From: Candidatus Babeliales bacterium
Lineage (GTDB): Bacteria; Babelota; Babeliae; Babelales; JBFXEV01
Direction: 5' to 3'
DNA: 64,000 bases
NCBI GenBank assembly: GCA_963716425.1
Contig: OY970310.1
Coordinates: 1,670,807-1,734,806, forward strand
Shown here piece by piece: positions 1 to 9,309 of this stretch (positions are counted from its first letter, which is position 1; each line of letters starts with the position of its first letter). A program made the position numbers and the translations under genes. The notes beneath the pieces are model-generated. The model was not told where the DNA came from. It was given only the letters and a program-made list of their open reading frames with translations, and searched no databases.

Positions 1-625
1 ATTCAATAAACCAATCAGCAGCAGCTCGTGCTGCTTCTTCGAGTGTTCCTGGCTCTTCAAATAAGTGAGTGGCTCCCGGCACAATGTATAACTTCTTCTC
101 ACAGGTCAGTAGTTCAAATGCCATTTCATTGAGTTCAATCACTTGCGTATCATTGCCACCCACAATAAGGAGCGTTGGAGAGACAACATCACGTAAAATT
201 GGTTGTGCAAGATCTGGCCTGCCACCACGAGAAACTACTGCAAAGATTTCTGTGCGATAACGTGCTGCTGCGTACAATGCAGATGCAGAACCTGTGCTAG
301 CGCCAAAATAACCAATTTTCAAGTTTTGATATGTCTGTTGTTTACGCAACCAATCAGTTGCAAGTTCCAAGCGATCTGCAAGTAAGGCGATATCAAAGCG
401 TTGAGCATACACTCTATCTTCTTCTTGTGTTAATAAATCAAAGAGCAAGGTGCCAATTCCTCTTTGCTGTAGAACGGTAGCCACATACGTGTTGCGTGTT
501 GAGAATCTGCTGCTACCACTGCCATGTGCAAAGAGCACTATTGCTTTGGCATTGTCTGGTATCGTTAGAATGCCATCAAGATGAATAGCTGGATTAATTT
601 TAATACGAACGTCTTGAGTTGTCAT
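1..625 (-). CDS. alpha/beta hydrolase, dienelactone-hydrolase-like; C-terminus runs off the left window edge
   Basis: Absent from the ORF track because no stop lies in the window. My minus-strand translation from ATG (625-623) reads MTTQDVRIKINPAIHLDGILTIPDNAKAIVLFAHGSGSSRFSTRN...KIGYFGASTGSASALYAAA...LLIVGGNDTQV...VPGATHLFEEPG without stops. It has a GxSxG nucleophile elbow (GASTG), then Asp and His in catalytic-triad order. The + ORFs 69..260 and 203..385 are antisense shadows. Confidence 0.8.
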   Translation of the reverse strand, partial: MTTQDVRIKINPAIHLDGILTIPDNAKAIVLFAHGSGSSRFSTRNTYVATVLQQRGIGTLLFDLLTQEEDRVYAQRFDIALLADRLELATDWLRKQQTYQNLKIGYFGASTGSASALYAAARYRTEIFAVVSRGGRPDLAQPILRDVVSPTLLIVGGNDTQVIELNEMAFELLTCEKKLYIVPGATHLFEEPGTLEEAARAAADWFIE

Positions 626-717
626 ATAACTCTCCTTCTCTGTGATACTATGTTATTGTTTGCATGTTATACTATTTCTTATTGAGAAAGCAATAACTGA
701 AGAAAAGGGAAATTGAA

Positions 718-1929
718 ATGAAACTATGCTTACTATTTTTGCTTATCGCGTGTAATATCTCAATGCTTGCGTATGAATATCTGTATCCCGTTGGACATAT
801 TGAGCAAGATGGTTTTAAGTTATTATTGTTATATCAAAAATCAGTGCACCACGTGGAGCTCTGGCAGTGGGACCCTGTCAGTCAGGAGGCTGGTAAAGCA
901 TTGCTTTCAAGCTATACGCCAGCGGGAATTGCTTTGTTGCCTCATGGCAATGGATTTAGTTTTATTGATAACGATACCATTCGAGTTGCCTACACTGATA
1001 AACGGTCTCCTATGCTTATTCCTCTCTATGAACCACTCTATGATTTTACCACAGTGCACTGGTTTGATGCGCAGCATTGTATATTGAGCGCTAAAGAAAA
1101 AGAACGATTTGGTATATATATTGTTGATGTAGAAGGGCAGTGTACTCAAATACTTCATGATAAGGAATGCAATTATCGTTACCCCTATTTGATTCAAAAT
1201 AATATATTTTATATTCAAGTGCATGGTGATCATCACAGTATAATGCAAGGGACCATTGATCTTGCAGCAATCACCATTCCCAAAAAGCTTACTGCGCAAG
1301 ATATATTCAATGGAATGAGTGAACGTGCGTATTACCCAGTACAAAACGTACAATCCATTATTGATTGCAAAGAAGGCCACGTGGCGTTTTTAACTATGCA
1401 AGATCCACATATTGGTTTTTATCTTGAGCATCCCGCACGTATTGACCGGCATGATACCACCATATCATTTGTATATCATCAGATAGCAAAGCAGGGCGAT
1501 GCGTGGCACGATAAAGTTCTGTTTACCTTCTCAATACCTATGGCCTATTTAATGTCACCGCAAGAACGGCTGTATGAGTCGATATTACCATTTTTGCCAA
1601 AACCAATTGGTAATGTAGTGTATTACTTCCATTGTCCCGATGGCACAACTTCTACACAATTGTGGAAATATGATCTCAAAGAATATACTGCAACACAACT
1701 CACGTACGCTTACCAATCAGTTATAGGATTGCATGCTGCTCATCCTAACCTGCAAGCAGCAATTCTATGCCCAGACCAAGAACTGGCCGAGGGGCATAAT
1801 GCTATCATGCTTTGGCATGGTGGTGTGCTACAAGACAATCTAAATAATCAAATCAACTTACCAACAGCCTGGGTAAGCGCCCAGGGGCAATTTTTGGTAA
1901 ATATACCATCAATGCGCGTTTCTCAGTAG
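718..1929 (+). CDS. hypothetical exported protein (403 aa)
   Basis: Long ORF with SD-like AAAGGGA upstream and a hydrophobic N-terminus MKLCLLFLLIACNISMLA. No family recognised by eye. ORFs 767..1087(+) and 907..1380(-) are treated as shadows. Confidence 0.55.
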   Translation: MKLCLLFLLIACNISMLAYEYLYPVGHIEQDGFKLLLLYQKSVHHVELWQWDPVSQEAGKALLSSYTPAGIALLPHGNGFSFIDNDTIRVAYTDKRSPMLIPLYEPLYDFTTVHWFDAQHCILSAKEKERFGIYIVDVEGQCTQILHDKECNYRYPYLIQNNIFYIQVHGDHHSIMQGTIDLAAITIPKKLTAQDIFNGMSERAYYPVQNVQSIIDCKEGHVAFLTMQDPHIGFYLEHPARIDRHDTTISFVYHQIAKQGDAWHDKVLFTFSIPMAYLMSPQERLYESILPFLPKPIGNVVYYFHCPDGTTSTQLWKYDLKEYTATQLTYAYQSVIGLHAAHPNLQAAILCPDQELAEGHNAIMLWHGGVLQDNLNNQINLPTAWVSAQGQFLVNIPSMRVSQ

Positions 1930-1943
1930 TACATTGATGCAGG

Positions 1944-2609
1944 ATGTTTAAAATGATTAAAAAAATAGTAGTACTTTTTACCCTGTTTACTAGTTCACCT
2001 CTAGTATCCATGGAACCAGTAGAGGATATTACTCTTGAATCAGCACAACTTGCATCCTTATCAAGTAAAACACGCAATCAAAAAGTCGCGCGGGCTATTG
2101 TATCTGTTTTGGGACGCCTATCGTTAAGTTCTCTAACAGATCATAATAATGTTGATGAACTATTGTCTGCTTGCGTAGAACCACAGAGCACTAAAATTAT
2201 TTTAGGCTCATCTACCAAGACAGTATTCGTTTGTGGAACTGCAGGTATCACTAGAGAAATGGTGGATTTAATGCCAAAGAATGTTCATGATCACATAGCT
2301 GCTCACCATTTTACCCGTATTTGTAGCGGGTCGTTACCTGAAAATCTTATTGCAGATGCTCGTGCTGCCAAACTCTCTATGTGGGATGTAGATGTTCTTA
2401 AGAAACTTGAGAATCTATCTACAACCCAAGCTCAAAATATATGGAAATTATTGCAAAATACTGCCAATAACGAACAAACTGATAAAGTAAAAGTACAATT
2501 ACAGCTTTATCGGTTACTTAACCCTCGATTCACGTGGGGAAAAGTCGCTCTGGTAAGTACTCTTGCGGCCCTTGGTTATCTAACCTACATATTGATGTCA
2601 CTGGAGTAG
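1944..2609 (+). CDS. hypothetical membrane-anchored protein (221 aa)
   Basis: N-terminal leader MIKKIVVLFTLFTSSPLVSM-EP, a variant of the window-wide x-M-D/E leader. C-terminal hydrophobic helix VALVSTLAALGYLTYILM. Confidence 0.5.
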   Translation: MFKMIKKIVVLFTLFTSSPLVSMEPVEDITLESAQLASLSSKTRNQKVARAIVSVLGRLSLSSLTDHNNVDELLSACVEPQSTKIILGSSTKTVFVCGTAGITREMVDLMPKNVHDHIAAHHFTRICSGSLPENLIADARAAKLSMWDVDVLKKLENLSTTQAQNIWKLLQNTANNEQTDKVKVQLQLYRLLNPRFTWGKVALVSTLAALGYLTYILMSLE

Positions 2610-2634
2610 TTTATCAAGAAGAATAATTTAAAGT

Positions 2635-3933
2635 ATGGAGAAATGCATGAAGCCTAACTTTCCAATCGATCAAGTCTATACCTATCTTCCTAAGACAAAA
2701 AATATTCCATTAAAAGGCGATGCCCATTGTGATGTGGTGATTATTGGTGGTGGCATGGCGGGCATTTCTGCAGCACAAAAGTTTAAAGAAAAAGGGTGCT
2801 CTGTCATTCTAATTGAAAAAAGTTTTTGTGGGGCAGGAGCGAGTGGCAAAAGTTCTGGATTTATTACCCCAGATTCAGAAATACCACTTCATGCACTTAT
2901 TGATCGCCTTGGCATAGAAAAAGCAAAAGGCATGTGGGATTTTGTGCAAATGGGTGTGGATGCAATAAAAAACAACATAGAAACACACGGCATTGCCTGT
3001 GATTATCGCACAGAAGATACCTTGGTACTTGCAGGCTCTCTTAAAGATTTTAATACCATGACAATAGCGGAACATCAAGCGCGCATTGCATGCGGCTACC
3101 AAAGTACATTGTATCAAAAAGATGAATTAAGCAAGGTTGTTGGCGCGCAAGGCTTTTATGGCGCAATACGCTATGGCAACACATTTGGCATTAATGGATA
3201 TCAGTATCTGCAAGGTGCCAAAGCTATACTCCAAGATTCTGGCGTTTCTGTGTTTGAAGAAACACCTGCGATAGCACTAGAACCACATAAAGCGATAACC
3301 CCTTATGGGACTATTACAGCAAAATATGTAGTGCTTTGCACCGACAGATTTATCCCGGAGCTACACAAGTTAACATATGAAATTTTTCCCATTCAAACGT
3401 TCTTAATGATATCAGCCTCTCTTTCTGACGTTGATGTTAAAGCAATATTCACCCAGTCTCCTATGATGGCATGGGACACTGCACTCATTTATACCTATTT
3501 TAGAATCACAGCTGATAATAGATTAATGGTTGGTGGGTCTACGCTTTTGGGAACATATGCAGGTTATGCGCAGCATGATAATGTACATGGTTTTTCACGA
3601 TTGCAGAATTATGTTAACGCACGGTTTCCATCCGTGAAGCCTCAATTTGAATATATGTGGCCAGGATTAATTGGCGTGAGCAAAGATATTTTACCTCTTG
3701 CAGGAAGAGACGCTCAAGACCCATCGTTGTATTATATTGGAGCCGCTGCAGGGTTGCCTTGGGCAGCAGCATTAGGCTGCTATGCTGCCGACTCACTTAT
3801 TGATGGGCGCACTGATTATGATGTTAGCTTTAACCCCTATCGCTCATTTAAGTTTGGGCGAGGTGTACAAACAATTTTGGGAAATAGATTAACGTTTGCT
3901 TTGTCTCATGTTACCACGTTGAGCAGTTTTTAA
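2635..3933 (+). CDS. FAD-dependent oxidoreductase (DAO family-like)
   Basis: N-terminal Rossmann dinucleotide motif DVVIIGGGMAGISAAQKFKEKGCSVILIEK (GxGxxG plus acidic end of beta-2). The 432-aa length and layout are typical of DAO-type flavoenzymes. Confidence 0.8.
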   Translation: MEKCMKPNFPIDQVYTYLPKTKNIPLKGDAHCDVVIIGGGMAGISAAQKFKEKGCSVILIEKSFCGAGASGKSSGFITPDSEIPLHALIDRLGIEKAKGMWDFVQMGVDAIKNNIETHGIACDYRTEDTLVLAGSLKDFNTMTIAEHQARIACGYQSTLYQKDELSKVVGAQGFYGAIRYGNTFGINGYQYLQGAKAILQDSGVSVFEETPAIALEPHKAITPYGTITAKYVVLCTDRFIPELHKLTYEIFPIQTFLMISASLSDVDVKAIFTQSPMMAWDTALIYTYFRITADNRLMVGGSTLLGTYAGYAQHDNVHGFSRLQNYVNARFPSVKPQFEYMWPGLIGVSKDILPLAGRDAQDPSLYYIGAAAGLPWAAALGCYAADSLIDGRTDYDVSFNPYRSFKFGRGVQTILGNRLTFALSHVTTLSSF

Positions 3934-3960
3934 GTAGAGATAATTTTGTTACAGTTCTAA

Positions 3961-4299
3961 AGAGATAGTATTGGGAAACTTAGTTTATGCTATGGATATA
4001 GAATAAAAACAAACGGAACAAGCGCTGCTGAACATAATGCAATGTATCGGCAATTTGCCATAATGCAAGCCATGATTGAAGCCGGAGCAAACTTGGAAAA
4101 AGAAGATGAACACGGTGAAAGATCTTTGCATTGGGCAGTATACCGGGGAATGCCTGATCTTATTAGAGCGCTCATTGAAGCAGGTGCCAAAAAGTACCCG
4201 CTCGCGATCATTTGTATCTACGAGCAGGTTTTTTTACTTTCGCTAAATTACCTAGCAGATTCTGTATCTACTTTCCTAAGAGCCACATGCTACCGCTAA
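3961..4299 (+). pseudogene. ankyrin-repeat gene remnant (about two ANK repeats, no credible N-terminus)
   Basis: The frame is open from the stop at 3958-3960 and reads ...NGTSAAEHNAMYRQFAIMQAMIEAGANLEKEDEHGERSLHWAVYRGMPDLIRALIEAGAKK, which is ANK consensus. It has no leader, and the only ATG is internal (4042). Its 3' end overlaps the convergent gene 4268..4828. Confidence 0.4.
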
Positions 4300-4828
4300 T
4301 GCCTTCAGAAGATGTGCTACCCAATGGTAAATAAATCATAAAATCACCATTTGCTTTAATAGAATAACCTATAGCATAAAGTGTACTTGGATTAACTATT
4401 CCACCCGTAAATACAGGGACAGTATATCCATATGTTTGCCAAAAATTACCTGACTGACTGCTACCAAGTAAGGCAACAATTACTTTATTACCAGCTGCTT
4501 TTGCTGTATCAGCCCAAGTTTGAATCGCGGTACCTTGAGCTTCTGCTGGGAGATTATTCACATCGTAAGTAGCAATCACTAATCTTTGCTTTATTCCAGC
4601 ATATTTACCTGCTGAAGGAATATACGTTAACATGAGCTGTTGGTTAATTGCAGGTACTGGAAGACCTCCTGGTTGTCCAGATAATCCAGCTGTGACCCCA
4701 GTGGCACCAATTGTGCCAAGGTCTTTTGTGGTAACACTATTAAATGAGGGCTGTTTCATTGCCTGACTTTGAAAGACAACTGCCAGAACTATAGTAGTCA
4801 ATGCTACTTGTACTGTTTTATTAAACAT
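4268..4828 (-). CDS. hypothetical exported protein (186 aa)
   Basis: Strong SD (AAAAGGAG) upstream. Leader MFNKTVQVALTTIVLAVVFQSQAM-KQP carries the A-M motif. No family recognised. Confidence 0.6.
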   Translation of the reverse strand: MFNKTVQVALTTIVLAVVFQSQAMKQPSFNSVTTKDLGTIGATGVTAGLSGQPGGLPVPAINQQLMLTYIPSAGKYAGIKQRLVIATYDVNNLPAEAQGTAIQTWADTAKAAGNKVIVALLGSSQSGNFWQTYGYTVPVFTGGIVNPSTLYAIGYSIKANGDFMIYLPLGSTSSEGISGSMWLLGK

Positions 4829-5129
4829 GAGAACTCCTTTTCTATTAACTCATCCTATTCCCCAGAATAGAATTACTATACTTAAAGATAAAAGTCTACG
4901 CCTTTTCTTCTATTCTAATTGTAACAAGAAGGGGGGGCAGAAGTCAATATTTTTGACTATTGCGCATAAAAATTTATTCCCACCGGATTACAACTGCATC
5001 CAATGGGTCTTGCGGGAGTGTTGAGCTTTTTTCCCATAATCATTGCTTTTAATATTATATTTGTATTATTATTATAACAAGGGGTATGAATATCTCAAAT
5101 TAATATTATTTATAAAAAAAGGAGTTCTC

Positions 5130-5459
5130 ATGAATAAAGGTATATTGCTGATTTCGCTGTTTGCTTTAGGTATAAACATGGCTGTAAATGGAGCTGATGC
5201 TGGTGAGCAAACGAATTTTAATGCAGTTCAAGAAATAGCTAAATCTGCATTAATTCAGGTAAAAAGCTTAGAATCAGTACCGCGTGGTGCAGGAAAAGCA
5301 ATAGGAATTTCTGTAACCGCAAACGTATTGAATGCAGCTTCCGAACAACTACTTAAAGCTGGTTTAGAAATTAAAGATCAACAGCTCCGAAAGCAAATAA
5401 TTGCTTTAATTAATGAGGTTGATGCAGCTAAGTTGAGTCTTATTGGTATGAATGATTAA
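5130..5459 (+). CDS. small exported helical protein (109 aa)
   Basis: I prefer the ATG at 5130, preceded by AAAGGAG, over the track start at 5043. Signal-like MNKGILLISLFALGINMAVNGADA. Confidence 0.5.
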   Translation: MNKGILLISLFALGINMAVNGADAGEQTNFNAVQEIAKSALIQVKSLESVPRGAGKAIGISVTANVLNAASEQLLKAGLEIKDQQLRKQIIALINEVDAAKLSLIGMND

Positions 5460-5574
5460 TTGATATTAGCTTTTTTTAATTATCATCCATTAAACAATAG
5501 TATTCAATCTCTACTAAATAGTTATTGCAGAGTCAACAGTTACTTTGTTCAGATGTTTAAAAATCATCAAATAC

Positions 5575-5604
5575 AAAAAGCCGGCCACAAAGAGCCGGCT
5601 TTCA
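5575..5604. terminator. bidirectional rho-independent terminator hairpin
   Basis: Perfect 9-bp stem AAAGCCGGC/GCCGGCTTT (5577-5585 / 5594-5602) with an 8-nt loop, flanked by an A-run and a T-run. It lies 12 nt past the stop of the minus gene 5614..5973 and downstream of the plus gene 5130..5459. Confidence 0.7.
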
Positions 5605-5613
5605 TTATCAGTA

Positions 5614-5973
5614 TTACTCAGTTTGTTTCCACTTGGCCGTATCATAGTAAAGATGAATAGCTTGAATTTTACCGCTCTTCACTTCCATCCATTCAACCGT
5701 TGGCACAGAGCCAGCAGGTGTGGAAGTGACACACTCAAGCATTGTACACACACCTGTTTCATCAGCAAATTGCTTTTTAAAATCAAAGCGTTTCATAATC
5801 ATCATAAATTGATTGAGCATTGCAATGACATTCTGTTTGCCAACAACAGCTTCATTTGGGCCAGTAATGGTAACATCATCTGCAAGTGGCAGTTTATCGA
5901 TTGCTAGTGATTTGGTTGCAAATGCCTCATTCATAATCTTGTAGTACTGTGCTACAACGTCTTTTGGATTCAT
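5614..5973 (-). CDS. NTF2-like / SnoaL-like small protein (119 aa)
   Basis: I chose the start at ATG 5973 (MNPKDVVAQYYKIMNE...) to avoid overlap with csaA. The size and the pattern ...EWMEVKSGKIQAIHLYYDT resemble SnoaL/NTF2-fold proteins. Weak call. Confidence 0.45.
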   Translation of the reverse strand: MNPKDVVAQYYKIMNEAFATKSLAIDKLPLADDVTITGPNEAVVGKQNVIAMLNQFMMIMKRFDFKKQFADETGVCTMLECVTSTPAGSVPTVEWMEVKSGKIQAIHLYYDTAKWKQTE

Positions 5974-6043
5974 AGTAGATCCTATGCGGGTTTGATAGTT
6001 CTTTTTGTCCTTGATATCGATTTTAAAACATTTTTTGACCAAG

Positions 6044-6376
6044 TTAAAATAATCTACCGCCAATTGGCACGTGCCGCTCCGGCTGCACGAGCACTACATT
6101 TTTGTCTGCATCCGGCACACCCAGCGTGAGCACTTCAGAAATAAAAGGCCCAATTTGGCGTGGTGGGAAATTAACCACGCACATAACCAATTTACCCATT
6201 AAATCTTGTTTGGTGTAATGCTTTGTTATTTGTGCTGAAGATCGCTTGGTGCCAATAGGTTCGCCAAAATCAATGGTCAATTTATAGGATGGCTTGCGAG
6301 CTTCAGGAAAATCATCAACTGCAATAATTTTGCCTACACGAATATCTAAATTATCAAAATCTTGTATGGTTGCCAT
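6044..6376 (-). CDS. csaA: tRNA-binding domain protein CsaA
   Basis: MATIQDFDNLDIRVGKIIAVDDFPEARKPSYKLTIDFGE...GKLVMCVVNFPPRQIGPFISEVLTLG matches the CsaA/Trbp111 OB-fold pattern. ATG at 6376 is preceded by AGAGGA. Confidence 0.8.
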   Translation of the reverse strand: MATIQDFDNLDIRVGKIIAVDDFPEARKPSYKLTIDFGEPIGTKRSSAQITKHYTKQDLMGKLVMCVVNFPPRQIGPFISEVLTLGVPDADKNVVLVQPERHVPIGGRLF

Positions 6377-6786
6377 GCAACATCCTCTGATGCTTGATTT
6401 TATCAAACATTAATTAATATAATAAAACTAATTGGATACTAAAAAAATTGTAGCTAATAGATTAGCTGGGGAATATGGGAGAGGGGATGGGGGATTGGGG
6501 CATTTTGAAAGAACCTAAACAGGCACTTATATGATAGAAATAAGAAAGAGAAGCCATAATAACTCCTAAAGGGTTAGTGTAAAACCATAAAACTAATATT
6601 ATTATACCCAAAATGAGGTTTTTAACAATGGGAAAGCCTCTTATTCCAATGCCATAAATTAATGACCCTAATTGAAATAAAACAAGAAAAATGATATTCT
6701 TATTTGTATAAACATGTCAAAAATGAAATATAGCGCTGTTTTTTGCCTTTATTTGAGCCAAGCAGCCCAAACCGCTAAGGAATATC

Positions 6787-7923
6787 ATGAAGCGCCAAGC
6801 AGGGTATTACGAACAATTAGGGAACGTAAAACATTATATTCCTTCTCCATTGCCTCCAGAGAACCCTGCATTCCAAATAACACATGAAATTGCAGAAAAA
6901 TATGGAGCAGCGCTTAACTGGCTTGGGAAGCTTGATGAAGTTACTGATCGACTACCAAATAGTAATCGATTTCTCAAAGCTTATATTATTAAAGAGGCAG
7001 TGTTATCTTCTGAAATAGAAGGTATTCATACCACACTTTTGGATGTGTATACTCAGCCACTTACCGGCGCACGAGCAAGTAAATCAACGCAATTGGTATT
7101 GAATTATTCTAAAGCATTGGAGACGGCACTTGCAATGATGCATGATCAAGGTTTGCCACTGGCCAATCGTGTTATTTTGCGAGCGCACGAAGTGCTTATG
7201 ACTATGGGTGATAGTGCCCATGGCGATCCAGGGCATTTCCGCAAGCAATCGGTTCGAGTTGGGAATTTGATACCACCGCCAGCAAGTCTAGTTCCTGACC
7301 TTATGGCGAGCTTAGAGCAATTTATTAATGACAAACCAAATAATTCGATTGCACCTTTAATTAAAGCCGGGCTTGTGCATGTACAATTTGAGACTATTCA
7401 TCCATTTTTAGATGGCAATGGGAGAATTGGACGACTCTTGATAGTTCTGATGCTCATGGAAGATGGGTTATTACATACACCAATATTGTATCCATCATAT
7501 TTCTTTAAAAAGCATCAAATGGCCTATTATCAACATCTTGATAGAGTGCGCACTGAAGGTGACTTTGAGGGCTGGATAGTATTTTATCTTACTGCTATAG
7601 AAGAAAGTAGCCGAGATGCCTATCTACGAGCAAAAGAAATAGAAAAGTTGTATCAAAAAATGCATACAACCATTCAAGAAGATGCACTGTTTACACGAAA
7701 GCGAGAAACAGCTGCTCTTGTGCTTGCGCAATTATTTGAATATCCTGTACTATCAATTGGCCATTTGGCTGAATTGATTGGTAAAAACTATAATACTGCT
7801 CATAGCATTATTGAGGTGTTTATAGAGTTCGGCTGGCTCACTGAACAAACTGAACAGCGGCGTAATAAATTATATAGCTTCACACCATATTTAGAGTTGT
7901 TGGAAAAGGAACTAGAGGATTAA
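6787..7923 (+). CDS. Fic family protein (AMPylase-type) with N-terminal inhibitory motif and C-terminal wHTH-like region
   Basis: Canonical Fic motif HPFLDGNGRIGRLL (HxFx[DE]GNGRxxR). An upstream [ST]xxxE[GN] motif is present in LSSEIEGIHTT. SD AAGGAA upstream. Confidence 0.9.
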   Translation: MKRQAGYYEQLGNVKHYIPSPLPPENPAFQITHEIAEKYGAALNWLGKLDEVTDRLPNSNRFLKAYIIKEAVLSSEIEGIHTTLLDVYTQPLTGARASKSTQLVLNYSKALETALAMMHDQGLPLANRVILRAHEVLMTMGDSAHGDPGHFRKQSVRVGNLIPPPASLVPDLMASLEQFINDKPNNSIAPLIKAGLVHVQFETIHPFLDGNGRIGRLLIVLMLMEDGLLHTPILYPSYFFKKHQMAYYQHLDRVRTEGDFEGWIVFYLTAIEESSRDAYLRAKEIEKLYQKMHTTIQEDALFTRKRETAALVLAQLFEYPVLSIGHLAELIGKNYNTAHSIIEVFIEFGWLTEQTEQRRNKLYSFTPYLELLEKELED

Positions 7924-8289
7924 ATGCTTAAAAAATTATTACTCATGATTCTGTGCATAATAAATTTTAATATGATTGCAATGGATGTTTTACAACTTAA
8001 AAAGCGGCACGTAGTTTGGACAACCGATTGGCAACGATCGCAAGATATTGCTTTGAATACACAAGATGGTATTCAAAAGCTAGTTATCATAGTCGATCAG
8101 CAGCAAATGGATTTTTTGAAACAACATCTTGTGCAGGATACTAAGCCTGTGCGCATGTCGGACTCTGAGCACATTTCTCAAAAAACAAAAAAACCAAGCA
8201 TGAGTGACAATGAAAAATGTAAGAGGGCTATTGCATGTTCGTGTGCGTTGATCGTCTTTACGTGCGTATTAGACAAATTGGGTTACTAA
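7924..8289 (+). CDS. hypothetical exported protein with Cys-rich hydrophobic C-terminus (121 aa)
   Basis: The ATG directly abuts the Fic stop (GAGGATTAAATG). Leader MLKKLLLMILCIINFNMIAM-DV. C-terminus KCKRAIACSCALIVFTCVL. Confidence 0.5.
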   Translation: MLKKLLLMILCIINFNMIAMDVLQLKKRHVVWTTDWQRSQDIALNTQDGIQKLVIIVDQQQMDFLKQHLVQDTKPVRMSDSEHISQKTKKPSMSDNEKCKRAIACSCALIVFTCVLDKLGY

Positions 8290-8303
8290 TTTAGGGTTTT
8301 ACT

Positions 8304-8741
8304 ATGATAAAACAATTTTTTTGCATAGGCATGATCATAAGCTTTGTATATTTTCAATGCTTAGCAATGGATAAGAAAGATCTACCACGTTATAAACAAT
8401 TTACGCTGTTGCAGCCTGCACCGCCGCCACCATCTACTCCAGAAGATATACAGGTAGATATGCGGGATACAACTCCGCCTCGAGTTATCCTGGATGCACA
8501 GGAACATATTCAAATACTTCGGCAAAGAAATACAAGTAGCTTTCAGCCTTGGGATATTCGCTTACGCATGTTAGATGACAATAGTCAGGAAGAAGAAACA
8601 TGCAGGGAAATAATGAGCCGGTGCAAATGCATTCATGCACGCACTTGCTCTTGTATTAAAGTCTGTGCTTTGGTACATTGTATGCAACCGCACTTAATGA
8701 TGCTTTATCTTATTTCATTAAAAACATATTTTAATCAGTAG
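8304..8741 (+). CDS. hypothetical exported protein with Cys-rich C-terminus (145 aa)
   Basis: Leader MIKQFFCIGMIISFVYFQCLAM-DKKD. C-terminal SRCKCIHARTCSCIKVCALVHC. Its architecture is analogous to 7924..8289. Confidence 0.5.
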   Translation: MIKQFFCIGMIISFVYFQCLAMDKKDLPRYKQFTLLQPAPPPPSTPEDIQVDMRDTTPPRVILDAQEHIQILRQRNTSSFQPWDIRLRMLDDNSQEEETCREIMSRCKCIHARTCSCIKVCALVHCMQPHLMMLYLISLKTYFNQ

Positions 8742-9035
8742 TGTATTACATTCAAAATTACTATTCTAGGCAATCCAATCCAAATGGAGGGTTATTTTAG
8801 GAATTATTAAAAAAGAATGATTTCATCATGGCAAAAATAGCGTTTTAAATTAAGGTCTTAAGGTGAATACCTTTGTCATTATAATATCTTGCAACCTAGG
8901 GCTAAATTTGATTCTTCTACGCCAAGGCTCCGGCGGACAGGCGTTCTCTGTTACAAAATCGGGTAAAAATAGATGAACGTTCTCTGATACAGTTCTTGTG
9001 CTTTTTAAAACTTGCTTTTTTTTAGATTGAGAGAA

Positions 9036-9245
9036 CTAAGACATTTTTTGAGGCGAACTAGACTGTAGGTTCCAAGCACCGTAGAGTAGGATAAAAATAA
9101 TCAGGAAGGTTAATATAAACAGTAAGACGCTTCCATGAAATCCTTCGTTGTAATACTTTTCAATGCGATTTAATTGCACAGTGGTAATTGCGCCGGCCAT
9201 AAAAATGCAAAAATTAGAAAGTAGACTTTGTTGAATTGTTTTCAT
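9036..9245 (-). CDS. small two-helix membrane protein (69 aa)
   Basis: SD GAGGAAAG upstream and two hydrophobic segments (FCIFMAGAITTV; VLLFILTFLIIFILLYGAW). Confidence 0.5.
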   Translation of the reverse strand: MKTIQQSLLSNFCIFMAGAITTVQLNRIEKYYNEGFHGSVLLFILTFLIIFILLYGAWNLQSSSPQKMS

Positions 9246-9309
9246 TTGCTTTCCTCTTCACCCTTATTGCGTGTTTACATAATATCTATTATCAGATGTT
9301 ACATAATCC

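Noticed and set aside
8917-8990. Short GC-rich island (CTACGCCAAGGCTCCGGCGGACAGGC) and a 13-nt imperfect direct repeat CGTTCTCTG[TA]TAC (8942 and 8978) in the 8742..9035 spacer.
   Set aside because: The GC-rich element occurs only once in this window, and the repeat is short with a mismatch. Without genome-wide recurrence I cannot call it a REP-like element or an operator.
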